IMG/VR virus record: IMGVR_UViG_2899595130_000003
Direction: 5' to 3' (one strand)
DNA length: 64,000 nt
Origin: a virus
Taxonomy: Duplodnaviria > Caudoviricetes
Shown: positions 9,901-19,913 of the stretch, piece by piece
How the letters are laid out: the number at the start of each line of letters is the position of its first letter
How positions within the stretch are numbered: position 1 is the stretch's first letter
Position numbers and translations under genes: made by a program
Notes under the pieces: generated by a model
What the model saw: the letters and a program-made list of their open reading frames with translations, nothing else
The model's database searches: none
What the model was told of the DNA's origin: nothing

Positions 9901-12900
9901 AGGTTCGGAATACGGCAGTGTCGCCAAGGATGGAGCCGGCAAGGAATTTGCTGTCCAGGTACAAGAAACGGTTCTTCCATATCCATTTGCCATACATCTC
10001 CCGGCTTCCTTGAAGCGCGTACAAATAAGCCCCGGTTTTAATGGTTTGCGGATTTTCATGGGATTGCGAGTAATCCAGGTATCCTTCAATTAAAGGTTGT
10101 TCATACTTATAATATCCATCCTCGTTATAGATCGCCTCCGACCATTTCCCGGCCTGACGGTTATACAGGTAGTCGATCATCCGGTCATAAGAAAGAATAT
10201 TACGTTGCCGCATCGTATAATACATCTCACGTATTTCTTCTGCAAAAGCCTCTTCTACCAGTTTCCATAACTCGCTGTCGGCACCATTCCAGGCATTGGC
10301 ATTATTTACCTTATCCCGTATTTCTACGTTGTAGGAGAGCGCAATCAATCCTTCATTATTAATCGGGAGCAGAGTATCGTTGTCGTATAGGATAAATAAC
10401 CATATTTTATTGCCAATCCGGGTGATAAACATATTCTTGGCCCGCTGGTCGGTCATACCGAAGGCAAGCGTGACCAGGGCATAGAAAACGACCTGTTCCT
10501 TATTGAAATACTGTTCAAACTCCGCTTTGAACTTGTCTACGTTCCCTTTGCAGCTTACTACCCATTCAAAAACTTTTTGAACATCCGCAATGTCGGTTCC
10601 GCCATCCGGGTAACGGGCTTCCAGACTATCCTGCCAATTTGTAAAATCCGAAGTTTTAAATAGGGCCAGGTCTGAAGTGTTATTTAAAAACTCCCATGAT
10701 TCGTCTCCCGGCTTAAACCCGAAAGTATTTTCGGCTGCCTTATCCGTGTTCAGGTTAACCTTTCCTACGAATACAGGCTCGCTTTCCGCCGTAGCCTTAT
10801 GGAATAAGGCACAAGGTTTCCCCGCCACGGTGGTACGGACTTTATTGTTTTCCTTTTGGGCCTGGGTAAGGATATCCATTTCTTTCAGCATTCGGTCGGC
10901 CATGTTCGCCACGCCCGTGTTATGCGTTCCGCTGGATTCGGCAAAATCCGTTTTGATACAGAATATGGAGGCCGGAAGGACTTCCTCGGTAACCTGGTAG
11001 CTATCGGCGTGTTCCCCGCTTTCTATATAAGTCAAGCCGTCAATAAATTCGAATTTATAGTTTTTACGGGGATAATATTGAGAACTGGTACCCTGTACAT
11101 TATTCTTAATGTTCGCCCACCAGTGTAGCCTGTCATTGGTGGAAGAATAATGATAAATTTTATTTGTTTTCTTGTCTCCTTTATATTGAGGCAAGTCCCC
11201 TTCGATGACAAGTGTGTCAATACGTTCCCTGACCTTGAGGAAAGATATATTCCCGTATGCGTCATAAATATCGTTTTTCCGGTAAACTTCCGCCTTACGG
11301 TCATAATCATCTATATCGGCAATATAATTATTAAGCAATTGGTACCGGTTCAGGTTGTTGTTGTATGAACGGACAGTATAAATATCTACCGTTGCATCTT
11401 CACCGGAAATCGTAATGCCTACGGGCATGGACTGCATGAAATTGTCTATTTCCGGGTATTGGAACGTCTGGGATTTGATGCCGTTCACATAGATGGAAAG
11501 CAGCCGGTTGTCCGTGCGTTTTTCCACTACAAAAGCCAGGCGCACGCGTTCCATGTCCTTGAACTTTGTTTCAATATCCGACTGTTCGGATTTTATCCTG
11601 GCATTCTGGCCGGTGATTTGAATACCCCTTTTGCCTGAAAAGCATGAAATGACAGGTGTATCGTAATTGTATACCTCTCGCACCAGGAACTCTATTTCTA
11701 TGGTTTTTCCGCTACTGCGTACATCCTTTTCAAAAAGCAGTAACGGAATAACCACTTGCGCGCCGTTATTGACCCGCAGGCAGATACTCCCCTGGTCATC
11801 CGCTAACCAGCCGTTTGTCTTCCAGTTAAAACCGGTCATGGTAGAAGCGATATTGTCCGATATCCAGCTGTCGCGGTTATTATCATTATTCGACCTGCCT
11901 TGTGAAGAAAGGTAGAGTTCCAAATCAGCCGTTTCGGGTTCCACTATTACCTCTGCCGGCATAATTGTAAGGTTGAAGGTTTTGGAAACACCGGCACAGG
12001 CTATTTGCAAAACCAAGGCACCGGACTGGCTGATCCTGTATACCCAGGATTGCAATGTGCGGTCTACCGTTTGCTCTGATAGAACAACGCCATTAGCCGA
12101 TAAGGTAACCAGGGAAGTGGAGGCAGCCGGGTTATACACCACAAAAGGAATAGATAGCCTGTCGTACTGCCGGGCCTCTGTAAGGTTAAACGGGGAGGCC
12201 ACGATAACCGCGTTGTTTCCTTCTTCTACACAAATCAAGTCATGTGTCAATTCATTACTACGAACTTCCGCCCCGTTGATTGTCGCCGTCATGTAAACCA
12301 CCAGCCGGTGCGCCCCGTGAGTTTGCGCCGGGATGACAAAAGAAAGTTGGCGGTTGGAAATGCTTGTCTCTTCTTCTCCGATCTGCGTTCCGTCAAGAAT
12401 GAAATGTATCGTTTTGGCTATGGCCCCTACCGGGATGTAACGGTAAGTTATTTCACCTGTATTAACCTGTACCGGGCTGTAAGAAGAAGAAATAGACAAA
12501 CTAACCAGCTCAACCGTATAAGAAAGGGTACGAGTAGCTCCAGTACTGTCTTTTACCGATACCTCGACAGTGTTAGTACCTACTACCAGATAAGAAGACA
12601 CATCGAAATAATTATCCCCCTGACGGATTGAAAGAGCGCTTACTTTTTGAGAGTTTACCTTGTAAGTAGCCGTCCCGCCCCCGGTTTCCGTTCCGTCGTC
12701 ATTATAAACAGAGGTGAAATTATAACCGATTCGTATTTCACCACCGGTTATCCCGGTCAGAAGCGTTCCGGTAAGGCTTTTCAGTTTCATGGTGATTCCA
12801 CCCCCCGAAGAGCCTCCGCCTTCTACCACGGCTGCGACCCACTTTTCTCCCTGTTTTTGAAGTACCATACCGTCGGCCGCATTGTCGACGTTTTTGTCTA

Positions 12901-14062
12901 CATCTTTCAGGTCGGAGAGCTGGAAAACATTACTTGTTCCCCCTTCTTCCTTTTTTAATAGCTCCGAGGGGATATGTACGTTCCGGTTGGTTGTCTTATC
13001 AACAGCCGGTACGATCAGGTTATCCAGGCTGCCGGCTAAAGGCATCTCCGTTATTTTCCTTTTCCGGATCTCTACCTCTTCCGGGGCTGTTTCAGCTAAA
13101 GTTTGAGGCATCTCTAAGGCGTATGCTGCCGGCTCTGGAGTTTGTACCCTTGAAAGGTCAATGAAATAATCATCTTCGGTCGTAATGAAAGCCCCGTCTT
13201 CCGTAGCTAGGAAATACTCTGTATTATTAGCCTTACACGATGTCAAAACAAGCGTGAAGCTAAAGTCTACCACTACGCGTCCCCGTAAGGAAATGATTTT
13301 AAAGTTCGAGGACTTTTTGTAGTAACAGGGGTATTCTTCCCCGGTTTGATCTACATATATCCGTCGCTCTCCCGGACGAATCAAGTTAAAGAAAAAGGCT
13401 TCGTAACAACTCCAGAAACGGCTTATATCCGAGGCGAAGAACGTCCCGCTTAGGGTTACTTCCTTTTCCGAAAAATAAACCTTCCCGGTATCATACACCT
13501 GCCCATCAGAGGTTGAGAAAGAACAGGTAAGGTTCTGTTTGATAGAGGGCATTTTCAGAATGTCGTTTTCCCCGCTACTAATCACAATTCCATAACCCTC
13601 CAGACTGGTACCGTCAATCTGGTAAGAAGATGAAAGAATAGGAACCCCGCCACCCGGGGAAGATACATCGGTCTTTCGGGTGACTTTGTCTTCTACGAAA
13701 ACCAAGGAAAATTCACTAATTTCACATAGTATATCATTTTTATTTTGCTTTGATAACCTTAAATCCCATTCTTTGCCTAATTCAGCAATACTAAAATGCC
13801 GATAACCGGCTTGTCCTAGAAAGGTAACAAACTCATTCAGTTTTAATTTATTATTAGCCCAAAAAGTTATTGTTATTTCTCTTGATTTAAGAACTGGATT
13901 AGAAAGGTCTACTTCCAGTCCGTGCTCGTCCGGCCAATCATTTTTGTCTGGGTCAACGAGTGTAGGGAAAGTTAAAAGACTATTGTAGCCCCCTTTTGTA
14001 ATAAATATTCCATAAGTGGTATAAATATCTATTCCATCTATATACAGTTCTCCGGTTCTCAT
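6917..14062 (-). CDS. Giant tail protein: duplicated Dit-like N-terminus, CotH-kinase-like domain, LRR and Ig-like domains, C-terminal BspA-type LRR array
   Basis: 2381 aa; two 'IDG.....YG' Dit-like repeats; QGTSS..YPRKNYK, D.RAKNMF and YDNDT motifs; about 10 copies of F..CTSLTSIPAGLFD.C. Confidence 0.75.
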   Translation of the reverse strand: MRTGELYIDGIDIYTTYGIFITKGGYNSLLTFPTLVDPDKNDWPDEHGLEVDLSNPVLKSREITITFWANNKLKLNEFVTFLGQAGYRHFSIAELGKEWDLRLSKQNKNDILCEISEFSLVFVEDKVTRKTDVSSPGGGVPILSSSYQIDGTSLEGYGIVISSGENDILKMPSIKQNLTCSFSTSDGQVYDTGKVYFSEKEVTLSGTFFASDISRFWSCYEAFFFNLIRPGERRIYVDQTGEEYPCYYKKSSNFKIISLRGRVVVDFSFTLVLTSCKANNTEYFLATEDGAFITTEDDYFIDLSRVQTPEPAAYALEMPQTLAETAPEEVEIRKRKITEMPLAGSLDNLIVPAVDKTTNRNVHIPSELLKKEEGGTSNVFQLSDLKDVDKNVDNAADGMVLQKQGEKWVAAVVEGGGSSGGGITMKLKSLTGTLLTGITGGEIRIGYNFTSVYNDDGTETGGGTATYKVNSQKVSALSIRQGDNYFDVSSYLVVGTNTVEVSVKDSTGATRTLSYTVELVSLSISSSYSPVQVNTGEITYRYIPVGAIAKTIHFILDGTQIGEEETSISNRQLSFVIPAQTHGAHRLVVYMTATINGAEVRSNELTHDLICVEEGNNAVIVASPFNLTEARQYDRLSIPFVVYNPAASTSLVTLSANGVVLSEQTVDRTLQSWVYRISQSGALVLQIACAGVSKTFNLTIMPAEVIVEPETADLELYLSSQGRSNNDNNRDSWISDNIASTMTGFNWKTNGWLADDQGSICLRVNNGAQVVIPLLLFEKDVRSSGKTIEIEFLVREVYNYDTPVISCFSGKRGIQITGQNARIKSEQSDIETKFKDMERVRLAFVVEKRTDNRLLSIYVNGIKSQTFQYPEIDNFMQSMPVGITISGEDATVDIYTVRSYNNNLNRYQLLNNYIADIDDYDRKAEVYRKNDIYDAYGNISFLKVRERIDTLVIEGDLPQYKGDKKTNKIYHYSSTNDRLHWWANIKNNVQGTSSQYYPRKNYKFEFIDGLTYIESGEHADSYQVTEEVLPASIFCIKTDFAESSGTHNTGVANMADRMLKEMDILTQAQKENNKVRTTVAGKPCALFHKATAESEPVFVGKVNLNTDKAAENTFGFKPGDESWEFLNNTSDLALFKTSDFTNWQDSLEARYPDGGTDIADVQKVFEWVVSCKGNVDKFKAEFEQYFNKEQVVFYALVTLAFGMTDQRAKNMFITRIGNKIWLFILYDNDTLLPINNEGLIALSYNVEIRDKVNNANAWNGADSELWKLVEEAFAEEIREMYYTMRQRNILSYDRMIDYLYNRQAGKWSEAIYNEDGYYKYEQPLIEGYLDYSQSHENPQTIKTGAYLYALQGSREMYGKWIWKNRFLYLDSKFLAGSILGDTAVFRTYTPAEWAGIEPCADITLTSFNAMYFNIKWGSVTKSARVGFNETIKMVAPSGMQFNDTETIIYGASLIASLGDLSPLYPGTVDVSKMVKLKELIVGSGVEGYQNRNLHTLSIGENRMLKKLDVRNCTEYSEPIDVRNCTNIEEIYAQGTSITAVNLPQGGNLSKLYLPGTITNLSLKNQPKLLDGSFEIAGVDNLSTLIYENSGIDILSLIERCLTLPAIRLSRVRLIGIDGMANNLNTLYKLKDLGGIDENGNNTQKAIVTGKYYVAVAREDQLAELQENFPELTITYGRLLPPTITTFIFKSSRNKVIANSSLECNLPYKKVDETTYTVIADDDTTISYTFHCDNHEDCSGDYIVSGTRTVTVTAVYIPLLTLRVQIYNTSIYPAGATVTIDGKTYTSDNNGYVYIRTRKAVTGTVSAPGYQIQPFAVPAQVIDYSDTIYVYQAVNVRFTVKDEFGNLVVGSTITCNGQTKTTNRYGECDLSLSKGTYEYRVENRKYEFTAGSITVDTSDITEIVRTYVNWENWKPEENGNIQMLLRNSTGLTKGTSLKISSTDNAYVIDWGDGTTTEATGEGEKIYEHLYTTTDLYNVEVRGCENVTYCNFSYDSRGNIGTSIFSSMCAYWSIGNSQVKGLSFYFSTNDSMALRIIGDIFKNDRERTSFQDCFRRCDKLVYIPVSLFENCVNATNFGGCFAQCSSLTSIPAGLFDTCPNVTDFGICFGYCTSLTSIPAGLFVNCHKVGKFSSCFEKCTSLTSIPADLFGDCPEARFMQSCFKGCTSLTSIPAGLFDGCSVMYFGACFSGCTSLTSIPKGLFDRCRNVNSFDRYFYGCTSLTSIPAGLFDNCSEVENFNYCFYGCASLTSIPVGLFDNCSEVENFDYCFDGCTNLTSIPVGLFDNCLKVNNFRNCFLACNKVEGNLPPLWILYYGKNVTSLNCFLGCSKATNWQEVPQSWGGPGPEYEPPSSVVLSQRSGVVMADYRALDVRLKNIEQQLNIN
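7080..7920 (-). repeat. Tandem ~75-bp repeats encoding 25-aa leucine-rich repeats
   Basis: Recurrent 'aacaaacc..c.gg(a/g)at.ga(g/a)gt.ag.ct.gt(a/g)ca' units. Confidence 0.9.
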
Positions 14063-14481
14063 AGTATCACTACTGTATTATCTTTTTCTATTTTAACATC
14101 ACAATTTCCGATATTTACCAGTACAATTACAGCGTAATTCGAAGCCTTGATAAAAGCTTTTGCCCCGTGCATGAGAATTACTTTATGGACTGATTCAACT
14201 CCGCTATAGATAAGTTCAGCCGTCGTGTTACCTATTAAACCGATATTAGTATCATTCTCACGTCTAATATTTCCAGCATCTACAAAAACGCCATATTCAT
14301 GAACATGTTCTTTCATTCCTTGGAACATCTCTAGAGAGGGGAACTTATTGTTTTCACAAAACTCTCTACCTTGAGGTGAGAAAAAAAGCCAAACAAGACT
14401 TTTCCAATTGGTTACTCCACTTGAATTTGAACAGGCTCCTTGCAAAAGAGCAGCTTTTAGTATATCTTTTACTGTTTTCAT
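14059..14481 (-). CDS. Conserved phage protein downstream of the tape measure gene
   Basis: ORF track 14059..14598; the likely start MKTVKDILK at 14481 avoids overlap with the TMP gene. Confidence 0.7.
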   Translation of the reverse strand: MKTVKDILKAALLQGACSNSSGVTNWKSLVWLFFSPQGREFCENNKFPSLEMFQGMKEHVHEYGVFVDAGNIRRENDTNIGLIGNTTAELIYSGVESVHKVILMHGAKAFIKASNYAVIVLVNIGNCDVKIEKDNTVVIL

Positions 14482-14488
14482 ACTACTA

Positions 14489-17400
14489 TTATTTAAGATA
14501 AACGCCATGATTAACAGCTCGTTCCACATTCTCAGATATTCCCTCCAAAGATTTCTCCATGTTTTCCAATTTTTTGCAATAGGAAGTATATTCTTCAATC
14601 TTACTTAAATGTCCACTAATAACCTCTCTGAATTTTATAGCAGAATTTAATTCTTCACTTATGTCTTTCAAGTTCACCAAGTACAAAAGACTTTCCGCCA
14701 TTTTCATGTTATGCACACGCATTTCATCTACAGCCATATAAATCTTGTAAGTGTATTCTTGGACAGCAGTAGCAATGCCTGTAACTTGGTCTACACTTTC
14801 TTGAGAAGCTTGAATTGCTCCTTTTGCAGTAGCGGTTCTTTCCGGAGATTTTTCTTCTCCCTTCAAATATTTGTCAGCCCAAGCATATTGTTGGTCAAGT
14901 TGCTGTGTTAAGTCCTCAATCATCGAATCAATATAAGATTGTTCCCAATCTGTAATGCGATTGTCTGACCAGAAATCAAGAAGCTTTTCCCGGATTCTTT
15001 TCATGGGGTTGGCGATATCCATTTTCATAGATTCGACAATCATCTGCTTAATCATGTTCTTGACCAAGTCTTTCGAGGCTTTCACCTTATCATCCCCAGC
15101 AGCCAAAGCATTTACATAGGCTTGGGCAAAACTATCAATAGCCGATTTAACGTCTTCTCCGAATATGGCATCTATTTGCTTTTCTTTGTTTTCCTCTATT
15201 GTTTTGTTAATTTTTTCAATCTGATCTTGCCATTCTTTAATCCGGTCTTTATCAGTTTTCTTCTTATCCTCTTCCTCCCGGATCTGCTGCTGAATAAGGA
15301 CTTTCTGCTGTTCCAAGAGTTTGTTTTGCTGGTTGATCAAGCTGGAAGCATCATTTGAGTAAGCCTTCTGAATTGATTTATCCAGTTTTTCGTATAATTT
15401 ATCCAATGTGTCGATCTGGTACTGCAACCGTTCGATCCGTTTCTCATTCTTCTTATCGTGTATCTTGGCGATAGCACCGGCCAAAGAAGTAACCACACCA
15501 ATAGCAGCACCGGCAGCCGAACCGATTGGTCCAAACATAGCCCCGGCTTTCGCTCCGTCCATTGCTGAACTTACAGCATCCATAGCAACATTAAGACCGT
15601 CTGCTATTCCGGAGAATACCCCTCCGAATGAATCTCCTAATTTCGAGAAGGTGGTAGATAGGAACTGGCCTGCCTGCATGATTTCATTCATGCCCTCTTC
15701 TATTTCAGCCAAACCTTCTTTTAACTTCTTGACATCATTTTTAGAGGCAAATACTTTTTTCAGACCATTAGATACTTTATTGAAAGAAGTTTCGAATCGG
15801 TCAGCCTCTCGGTTAACGTTTGCTATCTCATCCTTCACGGCTTGTAGCTTTTCCGGAGACTTGGATAAGATGTCGAACTGCTCTTTCGTCAGACTAAACA
15901 GCCCATTACCATCAGAATCGGTCTTGAACTCACCTTCATTAATGTAATCAAGCATTTTCTGGGCTTCATCAGCAATTAACCGTATATCGGTCACTGTTCT
16001 ATTGCTCATATCTGAGAATAGCTTGGTGATGATAGAGGTTTTCTTCTGGGCTTCATCATCCACGGCAGCCAGTTCTTTCTTCATTTCTTCACCGAGAGAA
16101 AGACGTTCACCTTCGGTTGTTGCCTTCTTTATCTTCTCATTATAAAGCTCCGTGATGGCCTGACGTTTCTCCAGATAAGTACCATACTCTTTCATGTACT
16201 CGTTCATCATGCGCTTTTCCTCGGCGAGCTGAATACTGCTTACCAATCCGATAGACTTCTCCTTTTTCACATAGGACTGGACTAAGGATGTTCGTATCTC
16301 AACCGTCTGTTCTTCCGTGAGCTTACCGCCTTGAGAATATTTCCACTCTTTCTCTTTGGCGAGTATGGCTGCTATCTCCTTGTCATAGTCAAGATTTATC
16401 TGGGCGATCTTCTTTCCAGAGCCGTCAGCCATGAGGTTTATCTCTGCCTGCTGGTTCTGGAGGCGGAGAGAAAGAAGTTCTTCGGAAAGTTTTTGTTGCT
16501 CTTTCTTTTTCTTCTCGGCCTCTTTTTCGGATTGGTTTTCTTGCTTAGTATTAGACGAAACAGACCCACCCTTGCTTTCATAAGTAGTTTTCGCTTCGTC
16601 ACGTATCCCTTTCAATCTTTTCAGTTCTTTATCCCTGTCAGAATCAGACATTACCTGCTTTGATTTCAAGAAGTCGTTATATGCTTTTTCTGCATCCTCA
16701 TACGCTTTTTTGTATAAGGACAACCATTCTGAGGCTTCCTTTTTTTCAGCTTCTTTATTGGTATTTGTGTTATCAACCTTCTTGCCAGTATTATCATCTA
16801 TACCAAAACGTTCTTTCGCTTTCTTGTCGAGTTCATCTGTCATTTTATTGGCAGTGATAATATTCCGTATATATCCTTCGATAGCTCTATTTGTAACATC
16901 AAATAACCCACTATCTTTCCCTGCGGACTTATCAAGCGCATTTTTTGTTTCAGAATCAATACCTTTTATATCATAAAGTCCGTTTTCTCCAAGCGAAATA
17001 GCACCTTGTATTATACCGTTTCTAATTTTTGCATATATTTTAGCGCCTTGCTCATCTCCAAGTTTTTCATACAGTTTATCTTGAATTTTCCCAAGATTTT
17101 CAGCCATAGTGTTAGAAAGCTCTTCCTGCTGTTCGGTAGCAAACTTTTCGTATTGGCGTGCTCCAAATGACTTGTTAATAGCTTCTGTTAGTTTATTGTA
17201 AGCCGTTTCCGTAAGGCCAACTTTCTCTATCTCGGCATCAAGACCTGAATAATACTTGCCGAAATTCTTAACAATCTTATCCTTAACGGTATTGTATTCA
17301 TCTGTCCCTTTAGTTAATGCTGATAATTCGCCTTTCAACTTAGCAAGTTCTCGTTGCTCTGACAGAGATTTTTTCTCGCATTCTTTTATGGAGTCATTTA

Positions 17401-18988
17401 ACTTCAACTGAGCTTTTTCAGCATCAGTCTGATAGGTGATAAGCTTGTAAATACCATATCCCAACCCGGCAACAGCGGCAGCAACAAGCACGTAAGGATT
17501 TGCCAGCATAGACAATCCAAGTGCACGTGACGCGGAAGCAAGGCGCGTTTTAGCAACCGTAAGAATATTAGTTGATGTCGTATTTGCATTCTGAACGGCG
17601 GTATTTACACCTGTCTGCATAGTTGATAGCGCATCGGTAGCCGTTTTCTTGTTTGTAGAAGCGATGTTGAGCGACTTGTGAGCAGTATTCTTAGCAATAG
17701 CGGCATTATTCAATTCAAGAGATGCTGTTTGAGCATTTTTCTTAGCTGCTGCTATTTCATCAACGGTTCCGCTTTTTATAGCTATTGACATCTGGGATTG
17801 AGCGATGTCCATATTCTGTTTTGCAACAAGCATTCTTTGCGTGGTAGATTTATAGATAGCCATTGCGCTGGCATACTCGGCTTTTGTCTGTGCCTCAGTT
17901 GCTTGTAAGGATTGTATCTTTGCAGCAATTTCGGCTCTTAATGCAATAATTTGTTCAGCTTTTGATTGTGTGAGCTTTCCGCTTGCGACATCCGCTATTA
18001 CATCTTCGTTAGCTGATTGTTGCTTTAATGGAATTAACTTGGATAATTCTGCAATTTCAGCAGAGTATGTTACTACAGTAGCAAAGCTTTGGTATGCAGC
18101 AACAGACATAAGCACCGCCTTATACGTTCCATATACAGCAGCAAGCTCAAGAATGGTTTTACCTATAGTTTCGTAATTCTCAACTAAGTAAGACACGCCG
18201 GATAAAGCATCATTAATGAAACCTTCGGACTGCTTGCCGATGTTGTTATACATAGTAGCTATCGCATCCTCAATGTTGCTAATCTGACCTGTGATGGTTT
18301 TTGATTGTGCTTCCATCAAACCGCCGAACTTTCCACCATCATTAGTCATGGCTTCGATAGCTTTTTGAACTTCTGGGAAACCGACTTTACCGGCAGTAAC
18401 CAATTCACCAACCTTATCTTTAGCTACTCCGAACTGCTTAGCCAATTCATCGGCAAGAGGAATACCACGTCCTTGGAACTGACGTAAGTCTTGTGTGAAC
18501 AACCTGCCTTGCGTCATTGTAGTGCCATACAGGTAAACCAAATCGCCTAAAGGAATAGAAAGTCCTGCTGCAATATCTCCAAGCCTGACAAGTGTACTAT
18601 TTACATCTTCGGCAGCCGTGCCATAAGCAAGCAATTGTTTGGCTCCATTGGCAACGCCTTGCAGGTCAAAAGGAGTAATGGCAGCAGTTCTGACAAGTTG
18701 AGACATTAAAGTGTCTGCCTTTTCCTTGCTTCCAAGCATTGTATTGAAAGCGACTTCCAATTGTTGGAATTCGCCACGTACCTTCATTACTTGAGATACA
18801 AATTGTTGTGCAGAGAAACCGGCACCGAAAGCAGCAGCGGCTTTAGTCATACGGCTAAACATCTGCTCAATACTCATTCCACTTTCTTCTATTCGCTTTG
18901 AGGTATTAATGACACCATTGCGCGTTTCTTCCAACTTACGCATGAAATTGGAATTATCTCCGGTTATATCAAAATGCAATCCTGCCAT
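14489..18988 (-). CDS. Tape measure protein
   Basis: 1499 aa, helical; N-terminal tape-measure domain (FQQLEVAFNTMLGS...TPFDL...QLLAYG...DLRQF..RGIP). Confidence 0.93.
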   Translation of the reverse strand: MAGLHFDITGDNSNFMRKLEETRNGVINTSKRIEESGMSIEQMFSRMTKAAAAFGAGFSAQQFVSQVMKVRGEFQQLEVAFNTMLGSKEKADTLMSQLVRTAAITPFDLQGVANGAKQLLAYGTAAEDVNSTLVRLGDIAAGLSIPLGDLVYLYGTTMTQGRLFTQDLRQFQGRGIPLADELAKQFGVAKDKVGELVTAGKVGFPEVQKAIEAMTNDGGKFGGLMEAQSKTITGQISNIEDAIATMYNNIGKQSEGFINDALSGVSYLVENYETIGKTILELAAVYGTYKAVLMSVAAYQSFATVVTYSAEIAELSKLIPLKQQSANEDVIADVASGKLTQSKAEQIIALRAEIAAKIQSLQATEAQTKAEYASAMAIYKSTTQRMLVAKQNMDIAQSQMSIAIKSGTVDEIAAAKKNAQTASLELNNAAIAKNTAHKSLNIASTNKKTATDALSTMQTGVNTAVQNANTTSTNILTVAKTRLASASRALGLSMLANPYVLVAAAVAGLGYGIYKLITYQTDAEKAQLKLNDSIKECEKKSLSEQRELAKLKGELSALTKGTDEYNTVKDKIVKNFGKYYSGLDAEIEKVGLTETAYNKLTEAINKSFGARQYEKFATEQQEELSNTMAENLGKIQDKLYEKLGDEQGAKIYAKIRNGIIQGAISLGENGLYDIKGIDSETKNALDKSAGKDSGLFDVTNRAIEGYIRNIITANKMTDELDKKAKERFGIDDNTGKKVDNTNTNKEAEKKEASEWLSLYKKAYEDAEKAYNDFLKSKQVMSDSDRDKELKRLKGIRDEAKTTYESKGGSVSSNTKQENQSEKEAEKKKKEQQKLSEELLSLRLQNQQAEINLMADGSGKKIAQINLDYDKEIAAILAKEKEWKYSQGGKLTEEQTVEIRTSLVQSYVKKEKSIGLVSSIQLAEEKRMMNEYMKEYGTYLEKRQAITELYNEKIKKATTEGERLSLGEEMKKELAAVDDEAQKKTSIITKLFSDMSNRTVTDIRLIADEAQKMLDYINEGEFKTDSDGNGLFSLTKEQFDILSKSPEKLQAVKDEIANVNREADRFETSFNKVSNGLKKVFASKNDVKKLKEGLAEIEEGMNEIMQAGQFLSTTFSKLGDSFGGVFSGIADGLNVAMDAVSSAMDGAKAGAMFGPIGSAAGAAIGVVTSLAGAIAKIHDKKNEKRIERLQYQIDTLDKLYEKLDKSIQKAYSNDASSLINQQNKLLEQQKVLIQQQIREEEDKKKTDKDRIKEWQDQIEKINKTIEENKEKQIDAIFGEDVKSAIDSFAQAYVNALAAGDDKVKASKDLVKNMIKQMIVESMKMDIANPMKRIREKLLDFWSDNRITDWEQSYIDSMIEDLTQQLDQQYAWADKYLKGEEKSPERTATAKGAIQASQESVDQVTGIATAVQEYTYKIYMAVDEMRVHNMKMAESLLYLVNLKDISEELNSAIKFREVISGHLSKIEEYTSYCKKLENMEKSLEGISENVERAVNHGVYLK

Positions 18989-19045
18989 AGTCTTTTCGTC
19001 CTTTTTTGTCGTAGCGTACAGCCTAATACGCTTTTAGATGGTTAT

Positions 19046-19756
19046 TTAATCCTTCAATAGCTCTCTAATCAATTCCTTGTTCTTCGGGTCGTCAGCATTT
19101 ATATATTCTTTGTCATCGAATATATGAAGCTGCTTTCTTTCTTCCGCACTTAGACAAACAGTAGTGATAGCGTCAGCCATAAGCATTTTAAGGTTGGCAT
19201 AGCTTATTCCCCATACTACATAATCCATCGTCCAACCATAACGTTGACAGGCAAAATCTATCAACGTGCCATACATACTGTTGCCTCCAAAAGAGATGCT
19301 GCTATTATTCTTTTTTACAATGGCAATACGTTTGCGCTTTTCGCGCTCTCTGTCTATGCCAAAATAATTGATGTATTCATCTGTATTGTCACCGGATAGG
19401 ATAAGGACAAACAAGGTAGCCAGATCCTTGTTGTCAAGATTACGTTCAAACCATTTTGCACGACATTCAACTTTTGAGTTGTCACATACATCTTCTTTGC
19501 TATTGAAAGTACAGTAAGACAATATTCTACAAACAATTCCCTTCTTTGCCTGACACAATCTCAATGCTTCCATGTATGGATTGACGGAAATAACCTTATC
19601 ATCAGCATCTAAAGCTTTTAATAGCCTTACAAGAAGATAAGTTTTACCAAGTGTTGAATGGTATATAAAGAATTTCCGATTGCTAACACTGAAAGTAATG
19701 GGTCTTTCAATGATGGTATCGGCAATATTCATTTCTATCTGTTCTTTATCTTTCAT
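19046..19756 (-). CDS. Tail assembly chaperone (putative)
   Basis: Position between the tail tube and TMP genes; C-terminal YGWT.DYV.W motif. Confidence 0.65.
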   Translation of the reverse strand: MKDKEQIEMNIADTIIERPITFSVSNRKFFIYHSTLGKTYLLVRLLKALDADDKVISVNPYMEALRLCQAKKGIVCRILSYCTFNSKEDVCDNSKVECRAKWFERNLDNKDLATLFVLILSGDNTDEYINYFGIDREREKRKRIAIVKKNNSSISFGGNSMYGTLIDFACQRYGWTMDYVVWGISYANLKMLMADAITTVCLSAEERKQLHIFDDKEYINADDPKNKELIRELLKD

Positions 19757-19774
19757 GATGCAGATTTTTATTAG

Positions 19775-19845
19775 AGCGGAATAATGGATTCAAACCATTA
19801 TTTCATAACAGGATGTTAAGCATGCTGTCACTAAACCAATTCCGC
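19775..19845 (-). pseudogene. Degenerate tRNA-Gly(TCC)-like element inside the tail operon
   Basis: Minus strand GCGGAAT...AATGG-TTTGAAT-CCATT-ATTCCGC-T: perfect acceptor and T stems, weak D arm, loop CATCCTG. Confidence 0.6.
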
Positions 19846-19913
19846 ATAAATCTGGTTTATCCACCTACCAGACAAAGGGCGTCTTTCCGCTTGTCAGTTA
19901 TCATGTTAACAAT

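Noticed and set aside
3301-18487. Numerous + strand and nested ORFs within the tail and tape measure genes
   Set aside because: Antisense or alternate-frame shadows of long, well-supported minus-strand genes
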